Below are positions 58,596 to 64,000 of a stretch of DNA of 64,000 nucleotides, in pieces. A program made the position numbers and the translations under genes. A model generated the notes under the pieces. The model made no database searches. It was not told the DNA's origin and saw nothing but the letters and a program-made list of their open reading frames with translations. The stretch is from the IMG/VR virus record IMGVR_UViG_3300037516_001099; one strand, written 5' to 3'. The first letter of the stretch is position 1. Each line of letters begins with the position of its first letter. Source of the DNA: an uncultured virus (IMG/VR IMGVR_UViG_3300037516_001099). Its lineage: Duplodnaviria > Heunggongvirae > Uroviricota > Caudoviricetes.

Positions 58596-59288
58596 ATGAC
58601 AAACGAAGAATACCTAAAAGAAATTAACCGACTTGAATCTCGCTGTAGCAACCTTCAGGCAGTAGTTAATGGCGATGCCTATAATATCAAACGTCTATCA
58701 GAAGTAAACGAGCGGCTAGTTGACGCATGTTCTATTTCGGAAATGGAATTGGAAACTCTACAAGGTGAGATTGAAATGACTTATAGGTATTATGCTGGCT
58801 TTGGAGCAAAGAAAGATCTTACAACAACTGAAATGTTGAATCATATCTTGCGAACTGTGCCAAACTATAAGCCAACAAAAGAAGAGCACGATCTGGAAGA
58901 TATGAAGCGTCACTGCGATCATTACATCAAGGCACTGGAGGAAATCACCAAGAAGAATCGTAAAGCAGAAACTTGCCGAATGATCGCTCTGAAGGCTTTA
59001 GGAGAACTTGATGACGATAAGTATCAGCCAGAGTTATTGATTGAAGAAAATCTTAAATTGAGAATGCAAGTAGAAGATCTTGAAAGTAAGATTGTTAAAT
59101 ATTCTATTGATAAGGTTTTTCCTACAGAAGCTCAAGCCCATCCTTTGATGCATTGTAAAGACTTTAAAGAAGAATTAAAGCGTGAATGGTTCTTTCACAA
59201 AAGAAATCCAGAAATGCTTATTTTATTGTTGATTATAATTGGACTGCCGTTATACTATATTCTTACAGAAACGCTATGGAAAAATTAA
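58596..59288 (+). CDS. Hypothetical coiled-coil protein with C-terminal TM segment
   Basis: MLILLLIIIGLPLYYIL tail. Confidence 0.65.
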   Translation: MTNEEYLKEINRLESRCSNLQAVVNGDAYNIKRLSEVNERLVDACSISEMELETLQGEIEMTYRYYAGFGAKKDLTTTEMLNHILRTVPNYKPTKEEHDLEDMKRHCDHYIKALEEITKKNRKAETCRMIALKALGELDDDKYQPELLIEENLKLRMQVEDLESKIVKYSIDKVFPTEAQAHPLMHCKDFKEELKREWFFHKRNPEMLILLLIIIGLPLYYILTETLWKN

Positions 59289-59578
59289 TTCGTACTATAG
59301 ATACTACTGATCTTGAGTTAGACGAGATGAGTATTGAAGGAGCGATTGAATATCTTCAATCACTACAAGAAAAATATTCAAAGGATTGGACTGATTTACA
59401 AATCTATGAAGACTCTTGTTATGAAGGTGGGTATCATCTTAAGCTTCGTGGTAAACGCTTCGAAACTGATCAAGAATACGCAAATCGATTAAAGTATCAT
59501 AAAGAACGTGCCGAGGAAAAAATCGTCCGAGATCGTTCTGAATACGAGAGATTAAAAGCTTTATTTGAAAAAGAATAA
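59276..59578 (+). CDS. Hypothetical protein
   Basis: ETDQEYANRL...EYERLKALF. Start MEKLIR. Confidence 0.6.
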   Translation: MEKLIRTIDTTDLELDEMSIEGAIEYLQSLQEKYSKDWTDLQIYEDSCYEGGYHLKLRGKRFETDQEYANRLKYHKERAEEKIVRDRSEYERLKALFEKE

Positions 59579-59582
59579 TAAT

Positions 59583-60290
59583 ATGAAAACTAAAACCGTA
59601 AAAGAACTAAAAGAAAAAATCGAAGCAGAAGTCAAAGAAGATTATGACTTTGAGCAACATCTGTTTAAAAAGTATCCTAACCTTTTCTATACAGGAGAAG
59701 ATGGAGAACTGCTGCCGCAGTTTCAAAGATGCTGGAATGATTGCCCTAAAGGATGGGAGACTATTGTAGATCATCTATTCGGCAGTATTGATAACTATAT
59801 TAAAAATACTCAACGGAGCAAAATTAATCCTAATAAAAAGATCAAAGCTTGGATCAATGAAAAAATGTGGAAGCCTATTAACTGGAAAATCAACACAATT
59901 TTTAATCCATACAAAGACACGTTTGTGATTCGTAAGTTTGCTTCTCCGACACCAGAGCAAAGAGCAAAGATTGATGCAAAATTCTCAATGAAGGTTCGAA
60001 GACTTACATCGAAAATCGCTTCTTGGTTCATGCGCGACTTATACATTCGTACCAACCCTAAGCAAGCAAAGATTGCCCAGTACAAAGAAAAGTTTGGAAC
60101 TCTACGAGTATACGCCGATGGAGGAGACGATGATATTTATGGTATGATTCGTTTTGCTGAGTATCTTACCTCAAAGACATGTCAGCATACTGGTGAAGCA
60201 GGAGATCTTTACAAAAAGGGTGGGTGGTATGCGACACTATCACCTAAAAAGGCAAAACAATTGGGATTTTCTGCAACTAAGGAACTGTAA
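59583..60290 (+). CDS. Conserved phage hypothetical
   Basis: CPKGW...QYKEKFGTLRVY...TCQHTG...GWYATL. Confidence 0.7.
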   Translation: MKTKTVKELKEKIEAEVKEDYDFEQHLFKKYPNLFYTGEDGELLPQFQRCWNDCPKGWETIVDHLFGSIDNYIKNTQRSKINPNKKIKAWINEKMWKPINWKINTIFNPYKDTFVIRKFASPTPEQRAKIDAKFSMKVRRLTSKIASWFMRDLYIRTNPKQAKIAQYKEKFGTLRVYADGGDDDIYGMIRFAEYLTSKTCQHTGEAGDLYKKGGWYATLSPKKAKQLGFSATKEL

Positions 60291-60304
60291 TATAATAATA
60301 TGTA

Positions 60305-60496
60305 ATGAGCTATTATGTAGAAAATGATAATGTGTTTTTTCCAAAACATGGCTTTGTCTTTCATTGCAGTTTTGCTGAAGCATATAGGAATTATTCCACA
60401 ATAGAAACAAGACGCAAACTCAAAAAGCATTATACAAAATCACAGCAAAACGACATCATTCACTATTTAAAAGAACAAAAATACATTACAATATGA
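60305..60496 (+). CDS. Hypothetical protein
   Basis: ATGA overlap with the next gene. Confidence 0.5.
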   Translation: MSYYVENDNVFFPKHGFVFHCSFAEAYRNYSTIETRRKLKKHYTKSQQNDIIHYLKEQKYITI

Positions 60497-61179
60497 GCAA
60501 CCCAATTTACATTATCGGAGACATCCACGGCGCATTTAATCGCCTAATGAAAAAAGTTACTGACCTCGATTTACGTGACTGCACATTGATCTGTGTTGGC
60601 GACTTAGGTATGGGGTTTCACTATTCCCCAGAGGGCGAGCGTAAAGGATGCGTTCTTATGAATGAATTCTTTGAAGAAAGACATATTCGCTTTATGTCGA
60701 TTCGGGGTAATCACGATGATCCACTGTATTTCAATGGTTCTGAACGAATCGACCTGAGCCATTTCAAACTACTTCCCGATTATCATACTGAAACTATTAA
60801 CGGAGAAAAGTTTTTGTTTGTCGGCGGAGCAGTAAGCATTGATCGAGCCTGCCGTAAGGAAGGATTGAGTTACTGGAGCGATGAAGTATTCGTACTAAAG
60901 CCAGAACTTGTTGAAAAGTGTGATGTTCTTATTACCCATTCTGCACCAAGTTGGATTGGACCCTTTGACAAAGAAGGTATTAGTGGTTGGTGCGAAAAAG
61001 ATCCAACGCTTTGGGACTTATGCTATAAAGAGCGTATTGAACATAGCGAATTGATTAAACTTTGCCAGCCGTCAAAAGCATATCATGGACATTTTCATGA
61101 GAGTCATTGGGTTGACTTTGCTGAATGCTATTCTACAATTTTGGCGATTGAGGAAATAAAAGAGCACAGAAAAGCTTAA
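60493..61179 (+). CDS. Calcineurin-like metallophosphoesterase
   Basis: GDIHG, GDLG, RGNHDD, THSAP, HGHFH. Confidence 0.9.
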   Translation: MSNPIYIIGDIHGAFNRLMKKVTDLDLRDCTLICVGDLGMGFHYSPEGERKGCVLMNEFFEERHIRFMSIRGNHDDPLYFNGSERIDLSHFKLLPDYHTETINGEKFLFVGGAVSIDRACRKEGLSYWSDEVFVLKPELVEKCDVLITHSAPSWIGPFDKEGISGWCEKDPTLWDLCYKERIEHSELIKLCQPSKAYHGHFHESHWVDFAECYSTILAIEEIKEHRKA

Positions 61180-61198
61180 AGGCCTTCACCCGCAATAA

Positions 61199-61686
61199 TT
61201 TGCATCTATCGAAGATATAAAAAAATACTAAAGATAGAAAGGAAACAAACATAATGAATAAAATTACGTATATAATACTATTATCATTATTATTCTGTGG
61301 GGATGTGTATGCACTTGCTCCACAGAACGCTACTAAAATAAGAGCGCGCATTACATATTACTATCCCGAATCCCCATGGTGGGGACGGGTTGCGTGCTCA
61401 AAAATAAAACACGGAAAGTCTGGAGTTACCATAGCGGCTCATCCAGACTTTCCTTTCGGGACTAAAATCATTATTCCCGAATTAGAAAATAAAGTAGGAA
61501 ATGGGAGTTTCGTCGTCCAAGACCGTGGTTCGGCCGTTACTCGCAAAAGTGCTGCGCGGGGAAATGGGTATGTCTTCGACGTATTTGTACCCTCACGTAA
61601 CACACTGCGTCAGCTTGTGACATCCACTAATGCTTGGATGGATGTTTATATTCTGAAGTAGACCATAAACATTCGATAGATGCAAA
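61199..61686. repeat. 15-bp perfect inverted repeat enclosing one gene
   Basis: TTTGCATCTATCGAA (61199-61213) and TTCGATAGATGCAAA (61672-61686). Confidence 0.85.
61254..61661 (+). CDS. Signal-peptide 3D (MltA-like) domain protein, possible cell-wall enzyme
   Basis: Signal peptide, ITYY, IAAHPDFPFGT, VQDRGSAV, FDVFV. Confidence 0.7.
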   Translation: MNKITYIILLSLLFCGDVYALAPQNATKIRARITYYYPESPWWGRVACSKIKHGKSGVTIAAHPDFPFGTKIIIPELENKVGNGSFVVQDRGSAVTRKSAARGNGYVFDVFVPSRNTLRQLVTSTNAWMDVYILK

Positions 61687-61715
61687 AATTGTCTAAAAAA
61701 GTGCTTTTTCACGCA

Positions 61716-61740
61716 TTTTTACGTCCCAGAGACGTAAAAA
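61716..61740. terminator. Hairpin upstream of an early promoter
   Basis: TTTTTACGTC-CCAGA-GACGTAAAAA. Confidence 0.4.
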
Positions 61741-61763
61741 ATGAAAAAAAGTGAATTTTGTTG

Positions 61764-61792
61764 TGTACAAGTTCGAGGATTCATGCTATAAT
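61764..61792 (+). promoter_or_regulatory. Strong early promoter
   Basis: TGTACA-N17-TATAAT with extended TG and A-tract UP element. Confidence 0.8.
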
Positions 61793-61827
61793 GGCTATGT
61801 ACAGCTAAACAATACAAACACACACAT

Positions 61828-62295
61828 ATGCTAACACGAGTAGAAGAAATGATTGACGAATTGCATTCCCGCCCTAATGCTAAAGATGGGTTTACTGCTA
61901 AGGAAGTATATACAGTCGGGCGCGAATATGGCCTGACATGCAGGGAAATTGGACAAAACTTCCTTGGAAAGGCCAAGTGTATTGGCTACAGCCGCTACTT
62001 GCCGCAAAACCTCCCACTCGAGGTAATCGCCGCGGCTCTTGCAGCAGGTCCAACCAAACGTGGCCGTAAAGCCGGTGTTGCAAAAAAGGCAACTGCTAAA
62101 AAGCTCGCAAAGGTAATTGAACCCGAAGTTGAGGACAAAATTGCTGAAGACTTTGAAGCAATTGAATTTACTGAAAGTAGCGACGATGGCTGCTGCTTTA
62201 TTGCTAGCCCCGAAGAAATTTCGGAAGACTTCCAAGTTGAAGCTCCACCAAAGCGGAAGGCTCCGCCAAAACAACGTAAGGTAAAAGTTTCCTAA
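61828..62295 (+). CDS. Early protein sharing its N-terminal domain with the CobS-like ATPase; AT-hook-like and acidic/basic tail
   Basis: VGRxxGLxxREIxxxF shared with 36257-37417; KRGRK. Confidence 0.7.
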   Translation: MLTRVEEMIDELHSRPNAKDGFTAKEVYTVGREYGLTCREIGQNFLGKAKCIGYSRYLPQNLPLEVIAAALAAGPTKRGRKAGVAKKATAKKLAKVIEPEVEDKIAEDFEAIEFTESSDDGCCFIASPEEISEDFQVEAPPKRKAPPKQRKVKVS

Positions 62296-62302
62296 ACACT
62301 TC

Positions 62303-62338
62303 GCCAAGGCAATATTTCTATATTGCCTTGGCTTTTTT
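62303..62338 (+). terminator. Rho-independent terminator
   Basis: GCCAAGGCAATAT-TTCT-ATATTGCCTTGGC followed by TTTTTT. Confidence 0.92.
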
Positions 62339-62366
62339 ATGCATAAATCTCAGTATAAATCTTATT

Positions 62367-62726
62367 ATGACAACCACAATTCCAATTATTAATCGTCTAC
62401 ATTCTATGTTTACGTCGTCACCGACCGACAATATTAATGATCCACTTAAGCAAGTCCTTTTTTCACGACTCGTTAATTTTGTGGAGCATGATGATTGCTT
62501 TAATACGCTTTCTTGGTCATCGTTTGAAAATGGACACAGCGTTAAGGATTGCATTTCAGATGCGTATATCTATATCTCTAATGACCGTCAACTTCAAGTC
62601 AATAAAATTATTGAAGTTGAATTGCTTGGAGATGAGGACTATACCGAATTCGAACGTGAACTAGACACACAGGACAATTACTATCTTAAACTAATCATTG
62701 AACACCGCAAAATCATCTTTGGATAA
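62367..62726 (+). CDS. Hypothetical protein
   Basis: Start placed after the terminator. Confidence 0.55.
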   Translation: MTTTIPIINRLHSMFTSSPTDNINDPLKQVLFSRLVNFVEHDDCFNTLSWSSFENGHSVKDCISDAYIYISNDRQLQVNKIIEVELLGDEDYTEFERELDTQDNYYLKLIIEHRKIIFG

Positions 62727-62727
62727 T

Positions 62728-63459
62728 ATGACAATCAATCAAATCAGAAATTACTTTGTTGAACAATATAATGCGGGGGCCTTTGTAGTTGATAAAACTG
62801 GAGTGTCTACTCTAGAACTAGTAGGCGCTTCTTTTTGTGCAGATGAGCCAAGCATTTTCGGCGAACTCAATCATGAGTATATTCAACATGAGTTGGATTG
62901 GTACCTATCGCGATCGCTGAACGTAAATGACATTCCAGGTAAAGTTCCAGCAATTTGGAAATCAGTGGCAACTCCAGCCGGATTCATTAACTCAAATTAC
63001 GGTTATCTCACCCTCGATTCCAAGAATCATAATCAGTATCAAAACACTCTAAACGAATTGGTCCGCAATCCAAATTCGCGCCGTGCGATTATGATCTATA
63101 CTCGTCCCACCATGCATGATGATTGGCACAAAGGTGGTATGAGTGATTTCATCTGTACGAACGCCGTACAATACTTGATTCGTGACGGTAAAGTACATTG
63201 TATCGTTCAAATGAGGAGTAATGATATTTGGGCAGGCTATCGTAATGACTATGCATGGCAAAAGTATGTGTTAGATAAGTTAGTTGCAGATTATAATCTA
63301 AAAGATTATAGGGCAAATCTTGTTGCAGGTGATATTACTTGGCAAGTTGGTAGTTTACATGCATATGAAAATCAATTTTATTTAATCGATCATTATAGTA
63401 AAACTAGAGAACATTACATTTCAAAGAAAGATTATAACATTCTATATAATAAATCATAA
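62728..63459 (+). CDS. gp42: dCMP hydroxymethylase (T4 gp42-like)
   Basis: VVDKTGV, GASFxADEP, INSNYG, SRRAIMIYTRP, GMSDFICTN, MRSND...RNDYAWQKYV, VGSLH, all matching T4 gp42 as recalled. Confidence 0.9.
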   Translation: MTINQIRNYFVEQYNAGAFVVDKTGVSTLELVGASFCADEPSIFGELNHEYIQHELDWYLSRSLNVNDIPGKVPAIWKSVATPAGFINSNYGYLTLDSKNHNQYQNTLNELVRNPNSRRAIMIYTRPTMHDDWHKGGMSDFICTNAVQYLIRDGKVHCIVQMRSNDIWAGYRNDYAWQKYVLDKLVADYNLKDYRANLVAGDITWQVGSLHAYENQFYLIDHYSKTREHYISKKDYNILYNKS

Positions 63460-63474
63460 GCAATCACTTTAATA

Positions 63475-63502
63475 TTTACAAAAACTATATTCGATATATA
63501 AT
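63475..63502 (+). promoter_or_regulatory. Early promoter
   Basis: TTTACA-N16-TATAAT. Confidence 0.55.
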
Positions 63503-63508
63503 AAACAT

Positions 63509-63634
63509 ATGAAAAACAACAACCCCAAGGTAAAACCAAAGAAAATTAAGCGCAAAGGAATTCATGCTAAAAGCAAAACTTCCCATTTGAAGCAAAGCAA
63601 AAATTACAAAAAGCTTTCCCGCGGTCAAGGTTAA
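63509..63634 (+). CDS. Small, very basic peptide (41 aa, not in ORF track)
   Basis: MKNNNPKVKPKKIKRKGIHAKSKTSHLKQSKNYKKLSRGQG. Confidence 0.65.
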   Translation: MKNNNPKVKPKKIKRKGIHAKSKTSHLKQSKNYKKLSRGQG

Positions 63635-63642
63635 TATATTAT

Positions 63643-63984
63643 ATGAAAAAAGTATCTATTACAGTTCTTGAAGAGTGCGCAGAGTTGCAACTCAAAAAAT
63701 CGAATGATTATCAGAATCCTCATAGTAGGATTCGTCAAGCAGACTATTATCCTCGCGGCGCAGCAAGTATACTTGATATTATACATGCAAAGGTACTTCG
63801 TATGCAAAGTGTGCTTGAAGCTATGGAAAATGATCCAAACTATGTCCCAAACTTTGAGAGTATTGAAGACAGCGGAAAAGATTTGATCAATTACGGCAGC
63901 TTCCTTGTTGCATGGTGTCGCGAAGGAATTGAAGGTCAAGATAGCACACGCGACTTTTTGAATCGTAAACGTTTCGAATCATAA
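63643..63984 (+). CDS. Nucleotide-modification-associated domain 1 (Nmad1/DUF1599-like) protein
   Basis: KKSNDY...KVLR...ESIEDSGKDLINY pattern, next to gp42. Confidence 0.75.
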   Translation: MKKVSITVLEECAELQLKKSNDYQNPHSRIRQADYYPRGAASILDIIHAKVLRMQSVLEAMENDPNYVPNFESIEDSGKDLINYGSFLVAWCREGIEGQDSTRDFLNRKRFES

Positions 63985-64000
63985 TATGAGAATCTTAATT

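Noticed and set aside
1..64000. tRNA genes
   Set aside because: Intergenic gaps are short and I saw no cloverleaf with a T-loop motif. tRNAscan-SE was not run.

Overview
A 64-kb segment of a large, AT-rich T4-like myovirus genome with marine/freshwater cyanophage- and pelagiphage-type gene order, almost entirely on the + strand. In order: (1) 1-14.9 kb, an accessory island mixing nucleotide-sugar and glycan-modifying enzymes (epimerase, two deacetylases, sugar dehydrogenase, GT, UDP-galactopyranose mutase, sulfotransferase) with fibre/adhesin genes, including a PA14 + 36-repeat BspA-LRR protein and a holin candidate; (2) 15.0-27.9 kb, core morphogenesis genes gp13-gp23 and gp3 under TATAAATA late promoters; (3) 28.0-47.9 kb, uvsY, uvsW, gp55, gp47/46, a CobT/CobS-like pair, gp45/44/62, regA, hsp20, gp43, a MazG-like hydrolase and a prim-pol-like gene; (4) 48-62.7 kb, a dense array of small early ORFs under sigma70-type promoters (TTTACA/TGTACA-N17-TATAAT); (5) 62.7-64 kb, the start of a DNA-modification locus (T4 gp42-like dCMP hydroxymethylase, Nmad1). 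The most interesting unannotated signals are non-coding or sub-genic: a gene-32-type H-pseudoknot leader on a small wHTH gene, a 15-bp inverted repeat enclosing a secreted 3D-domain gene, a ROSE-type thermometer on hsp20, an antisense promoter with short repeats before gp55, a domain shared by the CobS ATPase and a free-standing early protein, and capsid-targeting-like motifs on late cargo proteins. All calls were made by eye from motifs and synteny; no database searches or folding programs were run.
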